64,000 bases of DNA from an uncultured Pseudomonadota bacterium (GCA_937891735.1 CALAGR010000207.1:8972-72971); one strand, 5' to 3'; counted from the stretch's first letter, positions 52,293 to 62,092 are shown. Notes: generated by a model not told the origin, from the letters alone. Numbers and translations: made by a program.

Positions 52293-53479
52293 TCGACGCC
52301 AGCCAGCTGCCGGAGCTCGACAACGACGAGATCGCGCGGTACTCGCGGCACCTGATCCTGCCCAACGTGGGCATGGAGGGGCAGCGCCGGCTCAAGGCGG
52401 CCTCGGTGCTGTGCGTGGGCACGGGCGGGCTGGGCTCGCCCCTGGCGCTGTACCTCGCCGCCGCCGGCGTGGGGCGCATCGGTCTGGTGGACTTCGACGT
52501 CGTCGACGAGAGCAACCTGCAGCGCCAGATCATTCACGGCACCGCCTGGGTCGGGAAGAGCAAGGTGCAGAGCGCCAAGGCCCGCATCCACGACCTGAAC
52601 CCCAACGTGCAGGTGGACACCCACGAGGTGCCGCTCACCAGCGAGAACGCCCTGGGGATCGTGGCGCCCTACGACATCGTGGTGGACGGCACGGACAACT
52701 TCCCCACCCGCTACCTCGTCAACGACGCGTGCGTGCTGCTCGGCAAGCCGAACGTGTACGGGTCCATCTTCCGGTTCGAGGGGCAGGCCAGCGTGTTCAA
52801 CCACGACGGCGGCCCCTGCTACCGGTGCCTGTACGAGGAGCCGCCGCCTCCGGGCCTTGTGCCCTCGTGCGCCGAGGGCGGGGTGCTGGGGATCCTGCCG
52901 GGGATCATCGGCATGGTGCAGGCCACCGAGATCGTGAAGATCATCCTGGGGATCGGCGACTCCCTCAGCGGGCGGCTCATGCTGTACGACGCCCTGGGCA
53001 TGACCTTTCGCCAGCTCAAGCTGCGCAAGAACCCCAACTGCGTGATCTGCGGGCCCAACCCCACCGTCACCGAGCTCATCGACTACAACCAGTTCTGCGG
53101 GGTGCCCACCGCCTCCGAGGGCGCGCGCCCCACCGACGTCGCCGCGGGCAACGAGGGATTCGCCCGCCAGGGGGTCGCCGAGATCAAGGCCCGGCTCGAC
53201 GGCGGCTGGGCCCCGTTCGTGCTGGACGTGCGCAAGCCGCACGAGGCGGACATCGTGAAGCTGGCCTTCGCCGACGCGCTGATCCCCCACGAGAGCGTCG
53301 GACACGAGCTGGCCCGGATCCCGCACGACCGGGACATCCTGGTCCACTGCAAGATGGGTGGTCGCTCGGCGACGGCGGCGAAGGTGCTCGTGGACGCCGG
53401 CTACCGCAACGTGACGAACATGGAGGGCGGCATCACCGCCTGGGCCAAGGAGATCGACACGAGCCTGCCCACGTACTGA
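52289..53479 (+). CDS. moeZ: MoeB/ThiF-type adenylyltransferase with a C-terminal rhodanese domain (MoeZ-like)
   Basis: Motifs YSRHLILPNVG, GTGGLGSP and CYRCLY are present, with the rhodanese active site HCKMGGRS. The ATG overlaps the cysO stop (ATGA). Confidence 0.9.
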   Translation: MIDASQLPELDNDEIARYSRHLILPNVGMEGQRRLKAASVLCVGTGGLGSPLALYLAAAGVGRIGLVDFDVVDESNLQRQIIHGTAWVGKSKVQSAKARIHDLNPNVQVDTHEVPLTSENALGIVAPYDIVVDGTDNFPTRYLVNDACVLLGKPNVYGSIFRFEGQASVFNHDGGPCYRCLYEEPPPPGLVPSCAEGGVLGILPGIIGMVQATEIVKIILGIGDSLSGRLMLYDALGMTFRQLKLRKNPNCVICGPNPTVTELIDYNQFCGVPTASEGARPTDVAAGNEGFARQGVAEIKARLDGGWAPFVLDVRKPHEADIVKLAFADALIPHESVGHELARIPHDRDILVHCKMGGRSATAAKVLVDAGYRNVTNMEGGITAWAKEIDTSLPTY

Positions 53480-53481
53480 AG

Positions 53482-53495
53482 GACAGGCGCCTGTC
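53482..53495 (+). terminator. short GC hairpin after moeZ
   Basis: The perfect palindrome GACAGGCGCCTGTC starts 3 nt after the stop. No adjacent T-tract is present. Confidence 0.25.
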
Positions 53496-53555
53496 GGAAC
53501 CGTTTGGACGGGACCGCGCCCGGGGCTACCCTCCGACCCTCACCGGAGGCAGCAA

Positions 53556-54473
53556 GTGACCGTTCGTTCCGAGATGATCTGGTTTGACGGCAAGTTCGTC
53601 CCGTTCGACGACGCGAAGGTTCACGTGCTGAGCCACACCCTGCACTACGGTCTGGGGGTGTTCGAGGGGATCCGGGCGTACACCCAGCCGGATGGCAAGG
53701 CGGGGATCTGGCGGGCTGAGGCCCACCTGCGTCGCTTCCTCGACTCCCTCAAGATGATGCGCTGGGCGACTCCCTGGTCCCTGGAGGAGCTCACCGAGGC
53801 CTGCCTCGAGACCCTGCGCATCAACAACTTCGACTCGGCGTACCTGCGTCCGCTGGCCTTCCTCGGAGCCGGTCAGATGGGCCTGGGGGCGCGGGGCAAC
53901 ACCCTGCACGTGGTGATCGCGGCCTGGCACTGGGGGGCGTACCTGGGCGAGGACGCGCTGCGCGATGGCGTGCGGCTGCAGACGTCGTCGTTCACCCGGC
54001 ACCACCCCAACGCGGCGCTGCAGCGAGCGAAGGTCGTGGGGCACTACGTGAACTCGATCCTGGCGCGCTACGAGGCCAACGAGAACGGCTTCGACGAGGC
54101 GCTGCTGCTCGACGGCCACGGCATGGTCGCCGAGGGCACGGGCGAGAACGTCTTCGTGGTCCGGGACGGCCTGATCAAGACGCCGCCCACCGCCAACATC
54201 CTGCCGGGCATCACCCGCGAGGCGGTCATCGACATCGCGCAGCACGAGGGCATCCCCCTGCAGGAGACCCCGTTTGGTCGCGACGCCTTCTACGCCGCCG
54301 ACGAGGCGTTCATGTGCGGCACCGCGGCGGAGCTGACGCCCATCCGCGAGCTCGACCGGCGCCAGGTCGGCACCGGCGTGCGGGGGCCGATCACCGAGCG
54401 GATCCAGAAGCTGTACATGGACGGCGTGCGCGGCCGGGTGCCGTGGCTCGAGGAGGGCATCACGAAGGCCTGA
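53556..54473 (+). CDS. ilvE: branched-chain amino acid aminotransferase
   Basis: Motifs HTLHYGLGVFEGIRAY, EGTGENVF and PGITR are present. Length 305 aa, GTG start. Confidence 0.9.
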   Translation: MTVRSEMIWFDGKFVPFDDAKVHVLSHTLHYGLGVFEGIRAYTQPDGKAGIWRAEAHLRRFLDSLKMMRWATPWSLEELTEACLETLRINNFDSAYLRPLAFLGAGQMGLGARGNTLHVVIAAWHWGAYLGEDALRDGVRLQTSSFTRHHPNAALQRAKVVGHYVNSILARYEANENGFDEALLLDGHGMVAEGTGENVFVVRDGLIKTPPTANILPGITREAVIDIAQHEGIPLQETPFGRDAFYAADEAFMCGTAAELTPIRELDRRQVGTGVRGPITERIQKLYMDGVRGRVPWLEEGITKA

Positions 54474-54523
54474 TCGCGAGCCGCGGAAGACCTGCGTGAC
54501 GCCCGATCTCTTCGTCAGCGGCG

Positions 54524-57016
54524 TCAGAACCGGTAGGTGGCGCTGCCCATCACCCGCGGGCCCACCGGGCTGCCCATGCAGTGCTCCCGATGGCCGCCGT
54601 CGCGCCACCCGAGCAGGTTCGTCGCCGTCACGCCGAACTCCAGCTTGTCCTGGGGAAGCCGGAACCCGAGCCGCGCGTTGAGCATGGCGTAGGCCGGAGC
54701 CTCGCAGTCGCCGATGACGACGTTGCCGACGCTGTCGAAGGCCCGCTCGGGGATGTTGACCGCGGTCACCACGTGCAGGTCGACGTTCGCGTCCAGGCCG
54801 AAGCTGGAGCGGTAGCTCGCGCCCAGGCTGCCCATGTGCTGCGGGTGCCGATGATCGACGACGTCCGCGCCCGTCAGGCCGGCCTCGCGCTTGCCCTGGT
54901 CGATGGTGTAGTTGAACGAGTAGCTGCCGCGGATGTCGAGGCCGTCCAGGGGGAAGGCGTGGATCTCGGCTTCGCCGCCCAGCCCGTGGAACACGTCGTC
55001 CCCGTTCTCCCACACCGACTTGCCCGCGATGAAGTGGTCGTCCACCAGCTCGATGGTCTCGGCCGGCTGCACGCTGCCCAGGGCGATCAGGTTGGACACG
55101 CGCTCGTAGTAGGCGTTGATGGCGAAGCTGAGGAAGTCGGAGTCCTCGAAGGTGTAGCCCACCTCCACGGAGAAGATGTTCTCGGGGCGCAGCTCGGTGT
55201 TGCCCAGCGAGTTCAGCGCCACCCCCTTCACGCCCGAGGGGATCGTCAGATCCAGGTAGCTCTCCACGAAGGTGGGGGTCCGGAACGCCGTGCCCGCCGA
55301 GACCCGCAGCGACTGGCGCTCCGTCGGCTTGACCAGGATCGTGCCCCGGGGCGAGGGGGTGAAGCCCACCAGGGGGTGCTGGTCGAACCGGAAGCCCAGC
55401 ACCGCGACGAGCTGGGGCAGGAACGTGATGCGGTCCTCCACGAAGCCGTTGAGGTGCTGCTCGACGTGCGGCCCGTCGAGCCACTCCCAGTCGATCGTCT
55501 TGAGGCGGTAGCCCGCGCCCACGCTCAGGTCGTGCTTGACCCCCAGCATCGCGCTGCCCGAGTACACCGCCTCGACGTCCACGGTGTGGGACGTGGGGGT
55601 GTTGGGCAGCTCGATGCCGCCGTAGGTGATCCAGCTGAGGTCCGCCTTGGCGTCGAACACGTTCCAGAAGGCCCGCACGGACAGACCGCCGAACTGCAGG
55701 TCCGCCCGCAGATCGGTGACCAGGCCCTCCATCCAGAAGTCCCGGACCACGCCGACGGCCACGAAGTTGTTGAACAGGTACGACAGGCCGCCGGAGAAGC
55801 CGATGCGCACGTTGGACGCAGGCACGATGTTGACGCCGCCGTTGACGCGCATGGCGCGCAGGGCGAGGGTCGGATCCGGGGTGGTGAGCACGACGTCCTG
55901 GCGGTCCCCGCTGTACTCCAGGGAGAACCGGTCGGTCTGCTCGTAGCCCAGGGAGCCCCGCCAGCCGACGATGCCCTTGCGGCCGCTGAACCGGACGTTG
56001 CCCTGCAGGGTCTCGCCGGTGCCCCCGACGATGCGGACCTGGCCGCCCTGGTCGGCGCCTGGGGCCTTCGTGATGATGTTGATGACGCCGCCGAAGGCGT
56101 TGGCGCCGTACAGGGTCGATCCGGGGCCGCGGATCACCTCGATGCGCTCGATGTCGGCCAGATCGATGCTCAGCGTGCGAAAGAACGTGCCGCCCAGGAA
56201 GTCGAAGTACGCCGAGCGCCCGTCCACCAGCACCAGCACCTTGTTGGAGATGCGCTGGTTGAAGCCGCGCACCGCGAGGTTGGCGTTCGCCGAGCCCATG
56301 GTCAGGATGGACATGCCCGGCACCCGGCGCAGCACGTCGGGCAGGTTGGTCGCCCCGGACAGGCGGATCTCCTCGGCGCTGATGATCGTGGTGGCGGCGG
56401 GGGCGTCCGAAGGCGCGGTCGCCGTGCGCGACGCGGAGACGACGACCTCCTCGTAGAAGTCGCCGCGCTTCGCTTCGAGCAGCTCGGCCTCGGGCGCCTC
56501 TCCGAGCAGATCCGGGGCGGGCTGGGCGCCCCCCTCCAGGCGCTCGGCGAGCTTCTCCAGCCGCTCCAGCAGGGCGAGGACCTCCGGTCCGGCCACCACC
56601 GCGCCGCCCGTCGACGGCGTGGTCGTGGGCTCGGTGCCGGGCAGGACGGGGCCGGTGGCGGTCGCCGTCCCGGCGGGGCTGCCCTCTCCCTGCTGGCGCA
56701 GGAGCACCACCAGGCGCTCCACCGCCTCGGCGTCCGCCGGACCTGACGCGAGGTAGGCGTTGAAGGCCGCGACGGACTCGCCGAACTCGCCCGCGTCCGC
56801 GTAGGCGAGCCCGATGTTGTAGAGCACCGAGGGGTGCGGAAGGATGTCGTAGGCCTTCTTCAACAGCTCCGCCCCGGCCACGTGCTGGCCCTGGGCGATC
56901 AGCTCCATGCCCGTCTTGAACGCGCGCCGGGCGTCGTCGCGCGCATCGGCCAGGGCCGCCGCGGGCCACAGCAGGGCGAGCAGCAGGGGCAGGAGGAACC
57001 AGCGTGTAGAGCGCAT
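54524..57016 (-). CDS. TonB-dependent receptor with an N-terminal TPR-like/coiled extension
   Basis: Signal MRSTRWFLLPLLLALLWPAAALA is followed by TPR-like helices (YNIGLAYADAGEF). A plug domain (IERIEVIRGPGSTLYGANAFGGVINIITK) and a barrel ending ATYRF follow. Confidence 0.85.
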   Translation of the reverse strand: MRSTRWFLLPLLLALLWPAAALADARDDARRAFKTGMELIAQGQHVAGAELLKKAYDILPHPSVLYNIGLAYADAGEFGESVAAFNAYLASGPADAEAVERLVVLLRQQGEGSPAGTATATGPVLPGTEPTTTPSTGGAVVAGPEVLALLERLEKLAERLEGGAQPAPDLLGEAPEAELLEAKRGDFYEEVVVSASRTATAPSDAPAATTIISAEEIRLSGATNLPDVLRRVPGMSILTMGSANANLAVRGFNQRISNKVLVLVDGRSAYFDFLGGTFFRTLSIDLADIERIEVIRGPGSTLYGANAFGGVINIITKAPGADQGGQVRIVGGTGETLQGNVRFSGRKGIVGWRGSLGYEQTDRFSLEYSGDRQDVVLTTPDPTLALRAMRVNGGVNIVPASNVRIGFSGGLSYLFNNFVAVGVVRDFWMEGLVTDLRADLQFGGLSVRAFWNVFDAKADLSWITYGGIELPNTPTSHTVDVEAVYSGSAMLGVKHDLSVGAGYRLKTIDWEWLDGPHVEQHLNGFVEDRITFLPQLVAVLGFRFDQHPLVGFTPSPRGTILVKPTERQSLRVSAGTAFRTPTFVESYLDLTIPSGVKGVALNSLGNTELRPENIFSVEVGYTFEDSDFLSFAINAYYERVSNLIALGSVQPAETIELVDDHFIAGKSVWENGDDVFHGLGGEAEIHAFPLDGLDIRGSYSFNYTIDQGKREAGLTGADVVDHRHPQHMGSLGASYRSSFGLDANVDLHVVTAVNIPERAFDSVGNVVIGDCEAPAYAMLNARLGFRLPQDKLEFGVTATNLLGWRDGGHREHCMGSPVGPRVMGSATYRF

Positions 57017-58701
57017 CAGTAGGGGTTGTCCTTGTATCCGGTCGGGACGTCGGGGTCCTTCTTGGGTTCCGCGGGGGTCGGATCGGGCGCGCCGACCGGA
57101 TCGGGGGTACGCTTGGCCGCCGGCCTCGACCCGGCCGCCGCGGGCGGCTCCTCGGACGCGCTCTGGGGCGTGGCGACCAGCGTGCCGGACCAGGAGATCC
57201 CCCCGTCCGAGGCGGCCACCACCGTGTCCACGGGCTCGTACCCCGGCAGCTCGACGCGCAGGCCGACCACGCTGTACTCCTCGGGGCTCTTGTAGTCGGA
57301 CAGGGTCACCGGGGTGTGTCCGATCAGCGTCCACACGCCGTCGAAGCCGAGCCGCACCTCCGCACCGGCCGGCATCGACCGCACGTCCAGGTTGAGGTAG
57401 CTCTGGCCTCCGACTTCGATGTCCTGGGGGTCGAGCACGCCGTAGGGATCGGGCTCCTCGGGCGCGTCCGGCAGCAACACGAGGGTGACGATGCCGATGG
57501 ACAGCAACAGGGCCGCGCCGCCGAGCACCCACGGCAGGCGGCTGGCGCCCCGTCGCTTCTTTCGACGCGGCGGCGGAGCCGCCGGCTTCGCGGCCGGCGG
57601 GGCGATCTCGGGCTTGGGCAGCCGTGCTGGGGCGCTCTTCCTCGGCGCGGGGTCGGCGGGAGGTCGGGGCCGGGCGCCGGGGGCGGGGCTGCTGTGCTCC
57701 CCGGAGTCGAGATCGAACTCGAGGGAGTCGTTGACCTCCAGATCCAGGGTCTCGGTGTCCTCCTGCCCGAAGACGGCGCCCACGTCCCGCAGGGCGGTGA
57801 GCAGGTCGGTCATCGTCTGGTAGCGGCGGTCCGGCTCCTTCTCCAGGCAGCGCGCGACGAGCGCTTCGAGCTCGGGGGTGGTCGGCGCCGCGGGGTTCGC
57901 GCGGTACATGGCGCGCGGCTTCTCGTGCAGATGGGCGTGCAGGACCTGCATGGGGTCGCCGTCGAACGGCGGAGCCCCGGTGATCATCGTGTACAGCAGG
58001 ATGCCGATCGCATAGATGTCGGCGCGGTGATCGACCTCCTTGCTCCGGTCCAGGGCCTCGGGAGAGGTGTACCGGGGCGAGCCCAGGAACTTGCCCGCGA
58101 GGGTGATCTCGGAGGCCTCACCCCGGAACTTCACGAGCCCGAAGTCGAGCACCTTGACGTAGTCGTCGTCCTCGTCCCGGGTGAGCAGAAGGACGTTGGC
58201 GGGCTTGAGATCGCGGTGGATGATCCCCTTGCGGTGGGCCTCGCGCAGGCTCTTTGCCACCTGCTTGGCCACGTGGATCGCGCGGGCCGGCGTGAAGGTG
58301 CCCTCGTGGGCGAGCAACGTGCGGACGTCGTTCCCCTCCAGGTACTCCATGACGATGTACAGCGCGCCGTCGTCGTCGTGCCCGAAGTCGTGGATCGTGA
58401 TCGTGTTGGGGTGGGACAGGCGCGCCGCAGCGGCCGCCTCACGCAGGAAGCGCTCGTCGAACTTCGGGTCGTCCTCGAGGCTCTCGGGGGGCTTGAGGAC
58501 CTTGATGGCGACCTGCCGCCCCAGCGGGGCCTGCGTCGCCAGGTACACGATGCCCATGCCGCCCCGACCCAGGATCCGGTCGATCACGTAGCGCCCGGCG
58601 AAGGTCTCGCCGGGGCGTGGCATGCGTGCGGGCACAGCCGCCGCCGCCCTTCTCAGCGTGTCGGTGAGCTCCCCGAGTCCCTTCGTCCCGTTCTCGGGCA
58701 T
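57016..58701 (-). CDS. Ser/Thr protein kinase with a TM segment and a C-terminal PEGA domain
   Basis: Kinase motifs GRGGMGIVY, HRDLKPANVLL, DFG and SPRYTSPE are present. The TM helix is LPWVLGGAALLLSIGIVTLVLL. The PEGA-like segment is VRSMPAGAEVRL...GHTPVTL. The stop overlaps the receptor ATG by 1 nt (TGATG). Confidence 0.9.
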   Translation of the reverse strand: MPENGTKGLGELTDTLRRAAAAVPARMPRPGETFAGRYVIDRILGRGGMGIVYLATQAPLGRQVAIKVLKPPESLEDDPKFDERFLREAAAAARLSHPNTITIHDFGHDDDGALYIVMEYLEGNDVRTLLAHEGTFTPARAIHVAKQVAKSLREAHRKGIIHRDLKPANVLLLTRDEDDDYVKVLDFGLVKFRGEASEITLAGKFLGSPRYTSPEALDRSKEVDHRADIYAIGILLYTMITGAPPFDGDPMQVLHAHLHEKPRAMYRANPAAPTTPELEALVARCLEKEPDRRYQTMTDLLTALRDVGAVFGQEDTETLDLEVNDSLEFDLDSGEHSSPAPGARPRPPADPAPRKSAPARLPKPEIAPPAAKPAAPPPRRKKRRGASRLPWVLGGAALLLSIGIVTLVLLPDAPEEPDPYGVLDPQDIEVGGQSYLNLDVRSMPAGAEVRLGFDGVWTLIGHTPVTLSDYKSPEEYSVVGLRVELPGYEPVDTVVAASDGGISWSGTLVATPQSASEEPPAAAGSRPAAKRTPDPVGAPDPTPAEPKKDPDVPTGYKDNPY

Positions 58702-58743
58702 CCAACCCCGTTCGGCGCCGGCGGTTCACGGACCATCCACGAA

Positions 58744-58755
58744 TGCCTGCAGGCA
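58744..58755. promoter_or_regulatory. perfect 12-bp palindrome TGCCTGCAGGCA upstream of the PEGA kinase
   Basis: It lies 43-54 nt upstream of the kinase ATG (58701), in the 152-nt gap after the radical SAM gene. Confidence 0.3.
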
Positions 58756-58853
58756 CGAAAAACCTGGGATGCGCACGGACTTCCGCGCGCCCCCTCCGAA
58801 ACGAGTCTACCCCACCGCACCTCCCCCGGCGAAGGCCGTGACGAGGGCGCCCG

Positions 58854-60248
58854 TCAGCGCCGTCGAAACCCCGGCAGGGCGCGTACTGCGGCGCGGAGCA
58901 CGGGCTGCTGGGCCACCTGCACGAGCCGCGTGGGGAGTCCAAGGCGGCCATCGCTTCCGCGGCCCTCCAGCCAGGCCACCGCGGCGTCGAGCACGACGCT
59001 CGGCAGCACGCCGTCCACGCGGGCGCGGTCGATCAGCGGGCCCTCCACCACGCGCTCCCAGTCCTTGCGGAACAGCGCCGGGGATCCGGGATCGACCCGG
59101 GTGATCTCCACCCCCGCGGGCGTGGCGATGCTGACCATCTCGAAGGTCTTGTCGAGGTCCGCGCGGGTCTCGCCGGCCAGGCCCACGAGCACCCGCAGGC
59201 CGAGCTCCAGGCCCGCGTCGCGGATCACGCCGACGGCCCGGTAGATATCGGCCGCGCTGTAGCTCCAGCCCAGGGTGTGGAGCAGACGCTGGGAGCCGGA
59301 GGCGGCGTCGAGCTCCAGGCGCAGGCAGCCGGCCGCGGCCAGGGCCTTGACCGCGCTCTCGTCGATGGTCGCGGGGTGGGCGCTGGCCTCGAAGCCCACA
59401 CCGAGGTTGGCGGCCGCGAGCAGCTCGGCGAACTCCAGGAGCCACAGCCGGTCGAAGACGAAGACCTCATCGGTGAAGACGAAGCGGTCGACGGGGAAGG
59501 TCGCGACGAGGCTCGTCATCTCCTCGACGACGTCGGCGGGGCTGCGTCGCCGATAGGGCCTCGCGAACACGCTGTTGGAGCAGAAGCCACAGGGCACCGG
59601 GCATCCGCGGGCGGACCGGAGGGGCAGGCCCCGGTAGCGGCGCAGCTTGAGCCACCGCTCCAGGTGGATCCGGGTCGCGTGCGGTTCGCGGTGCGGCCAG
59701 GGCAGCTCGTCGATCAGCACGGATCGCTCGGCGCCGGCGGAGTAGCGGAGCGTGCTGGCTGCGTCCATCCAGGCGATGCCGGGGATCCGGGCGAGCAGCT
59801 CGGGATCCGGGCGCCAGCCGTTCGTGCGCAGGCCCGACAGCAGGTCCAGCGTGCTGCGCTCCCCGTCCCCGAGCAGGATCGCGTGGGCGCCGGCCCGCAG
59901 GTAGTGCGCGGGGCGCAGGCGGGCGTCGGGACCCGCCGCCACGACAACGGCGCCGCTGCGGCGGGCGATGGAGCAGAACTCGGTGGCGACGAACCGGGTG
60001 GTCGGGTGCGTGTACAGCCAGGCGATGCGTGGCCGTTCTCGGGAGATCGCCACCTCGAAGGCCGCGATGTCCTTTCGAAACGTCGAATCCCAGACGGCGA
60101 CGGCGGTCTTCGCCTGCTGCACGACGAAGGCGGCCACCTCTGCGGGGAGCAGGGGCGACAGCGGGTGCATCGCGCCGAGTCGCCGCGGATCGAGCGAGAC
60201 CATGTACGCGTGGGCGAACAGGATCTCCGGCTGGACCTGCAGCTGCAC
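58854..60248 (-). CDS. B12-binding-domain radical SAM protein
   Basis: An N-terminal B12-binding-like region is followed by RSARGCPVPCGFC (CX3CX2C). GTG at 60248 was chosen because the upstream gene ends at 60268. Confidence 0.8.
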   Translation of the reverse strand: MQLQVQPEILFAHAYMVSLDPRRLGAMHPLSPLLPAEVAAFVVQQAKTAVAVWDSTFRKDIAAFEVAISRERPRIAWLYTHPTTRFVATEFCSIARRSGAVVVAAGPDARLRPAHYLRAGAHAILLGDGERSTLDLLSGLRTNGWRPDPELLARIPGIAWMDAASTLRYSAGAERSVLIDELPWPHREPHATRIHLERWLKLRRYRGLPLRSARGCPVPCGFCSNSVFARPYRRRSPADVVEEMTSLVATFPVDRFVFTDEVFVFDRLWLLEFAELLAAANLGVGFEASAHPATIDESAVKALAAAGCLRLELDAASGSQRLLHTLGWSYSAADIYRAVGVIRDAGLELGLRVLVGLAGETRADLDKTFEMVSIATPAGVEITRVDPGSPALFRKDWERVVEGPLIDRARVDGVLPSVVLDAAVAWLEGRGSDGRLGLPTRLVQVAQQPVLRAAVRALPGFRRR

Positions 60249-60267
60249 CGTGGATGGGGCCACCGCG

Positions 60268-62028
60268 CTACTCCCAGGGGAAGGTCGTGGCGATGCGCAA
60301 GGAGAAGACGCCACAACGGTTTGCGCCGTACAACGTACCCGAACCCGGATCCACCACAACCTGGTTTGGCGGGGCCCCCACGGACACCGCCGTCTGGTGC
60401 CAGGTGACCTCCGGATCGACCAGCGTCACGAACGGATCCAGGGTGGACCACACGTAGATGGCCTCTTGCGGGACGACGTAGGCCGCGCCCGTCGGCCAGA
60501 CCCCTACCCGGACGCTGTCGCGCACGGTGCCCAGCATCTGCCGCGTGCGCGCGGCGGGATCCGTCGGAGGCGCATACAGCGTCGGGATCGTCGTCGGCAG
60601 CCCGCGCAGCTCGACGTGGCCGGCTGGACCCCTCGGCACCACGAACCGCCCCGGCGCCGTGTGCACCGAGGCCGCCCACGGACCGAGCCTCACGCGGGCG
60701 ATGGCCTGCCCCGCCGGTCCGACGATCCGCGCCTGGGCGAGGGGTCCGCGACGCAGGGCGAGGCCCCCGACGGTGAGGCGCTCGGTGGTGGTCACCCCGG
60801 CTCCGGCCATTTGGGAGGGGGGATGATCCCGAGCGAGCACCCACGATCCGCTGCCCTGGCACTGCACGATCACCGCGCCGTCGTCGCTCCACTGGAGCCC
60901 CCCGTCGGGGACGCAGGGGGCGCCCAGGCGGGCCTGTGCGGTCTGCTGCAAGCGCGACACGTCCCACCACTCGGCCAGCAGGTCGTCGCCCGTGGACACG
61001 ACCCGCACCACCGGCTGCCCCCCCCGCAGGGGGGAGATGAGGGTGCCGCCCGGGGGATCCAGGGCCTGCTCGGCGCCGATCGCGCCGGTCACCGTCATGC
61101 GCAGCAGGGACCGTCCCTCGTCCGCGAGCACGACGACGTAGGGCAGGTTGCCGGGAGACAGGGCGATGCCTCGCGCGTCCGACCCCGCCCGCAGGAGCTG
61201 GACCTGCGGGTCGTCATCCAGATCCCCGCACCGCCACCGCTCGGTGACGGCCAGACGCAGCGACGCCAGCAGGCACACCAGGAGCAGCGGAAGCAGGCGG
61301 TCGAGCAGGCCCGCCCGCCGCGACACCGGTGGCCAGCCGCCGACGAGCCCGCCCAGGGCGGCGGCCGAGACGAAGCCCTGGTCGTTGCCGAAGGTCAGCA
61401 CGAGTCCCACGGCGAGCGCCGCCCCGGTGAGCGCGCCCCGCAGGTCGGGGGGGCGGCCGGACCAGAGCGCCCCCGCCAGCAGTCCGATCGCGCCCAGCGC
61501 GGCGAGCTCCGCGAACAGGGGGGCGGAGCCCACCGCGAGGGCCAGGGCGTCCTCCACCCGGGGCGGCAGCAGTCCGGGGCCGAAGGGTGCGATCCGCGCC
61601 GCCAGCAGCCACAGCGCCGGGGGGATCCAGCGCCGCAGCGTCGCCGGTGCGATCCAGCTGGGCGCGGGACGTCGCGAGCGGGGGCGGAGGAAGAAGAGGC
61701 CGAAGAAGAGCGCCGCGAGCCACGGAAGGGGGCGGGCCCCGGCGCTCGCAGCGGCGAGAAGGCTGAGCCCGGCGAGGGCCCCGCTGGCGATGCTGACCCG
61801 CTCCGCTCGCGCATTTCGCAGGCCGGCCACCGCGATCAGGACGACAAGAACGCCGCCGAATCCACCTCCCGCGGCGGGCAACGACGCGAGCGCCGCGGCC
61901 GGAGCGCAGAGAAGGTCGAGAAACGAACCCCGGGTTCCGAGCCCCCAGCTGGCGAGCAGGGGCACGAACAGAGCCGCCAGGGCGAGGCTCGCGGACCTGG
62001 GGAGCACCACCTGGCGGTCCGGCTCCAT
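60268..62028 (-). CDS. polytopic membrane protein with a C-terminal beta-rich (propeller-like) domain, hypothetical
   Basis: The N-terminal ~290 aa contain many Ala/Gly/Leu TM helices and the C-terminal ~300 aa are soluble and beta-rich. ATG at 62028 (MEPDR); the longest ORF starts at 62079. Confidence 0.55.
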   Translation of the reverse strand: MEPDRQVVLPRSASLALAALFVPLLASWGLGTRGSFLDLLCAPAAALASLPAAGGGFGGVLVVLIAVAGLRNARAERVSIASGALAGLSLLAAASAGARPLPWLAALFFGLFFLRPRSRRPAPSWIAPATLRRWIPPALWLLAARIAPFGPGLLPPRVEDALALAVGSAPLFAELAALGAIGLLAGALWSGRPPDLRGALTGAALAVGLVLTFGNDQGFVSAAALGGLVGGWPPVSRRAGLLDRLLPLLLVCLLASLRLAVTERWRCGDLDDDPQVQLLRAGSDARGIALSPGNLPYVVVLADEGRSLLRMTVTGAIGAEQALDPPGGTLISPLRGGQPVVRVVSTGDDLLAEWWDVSRLQQTAQARLGAPCVPDGGLQWSDDGAVIVQCQGSGSWVLARDHPPSQMAGAGVTTTERLTVGGLALRRGPLAQARIVGPAGQAIARVRLGPWAASVHTAPGRFVVPRGPAGHVELRGLPTTIPTLYAPPTDPAARTRQMLGTVRDSVRVGVWPTGAAYVVPQEAIYVWSTLDPFVTLVDPEVTWHQTAVSVGAPPNQVVVDPGSGTLYGANRCGVFSLRIATTFPWE

Positions 62029-62062
62029 CGGGCGCAGCGTACCCAAGCGGCGTGAGGGCGCG

Positions 62063-62092
62063 TTGTGGTTCGGGGCCACCCGCCCATATAAT
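62063..62092 (+). promoter_or_regulatory. sigma-70-like promoter candidate for the PP2C gene
   Basis: A perfect TATAAT at 62087-62092 follows TTGTGG at 62063-62068 with an 18-bp spacer, 47 nt upstream of the ATG at 62139. Confidence 0.3.

Noticed and set aside
58702-58853. A possible small precursor-peptide (RiPP) ORF next to the radical SAM gene: GTG after GGGGGAGG on the minus strand, about 55 codons, running into the kinase start.
   Set aside because: Third-position GC is clearly lower than in real genes here. The product is Arg-rich and overlaps the kinase out of frame.
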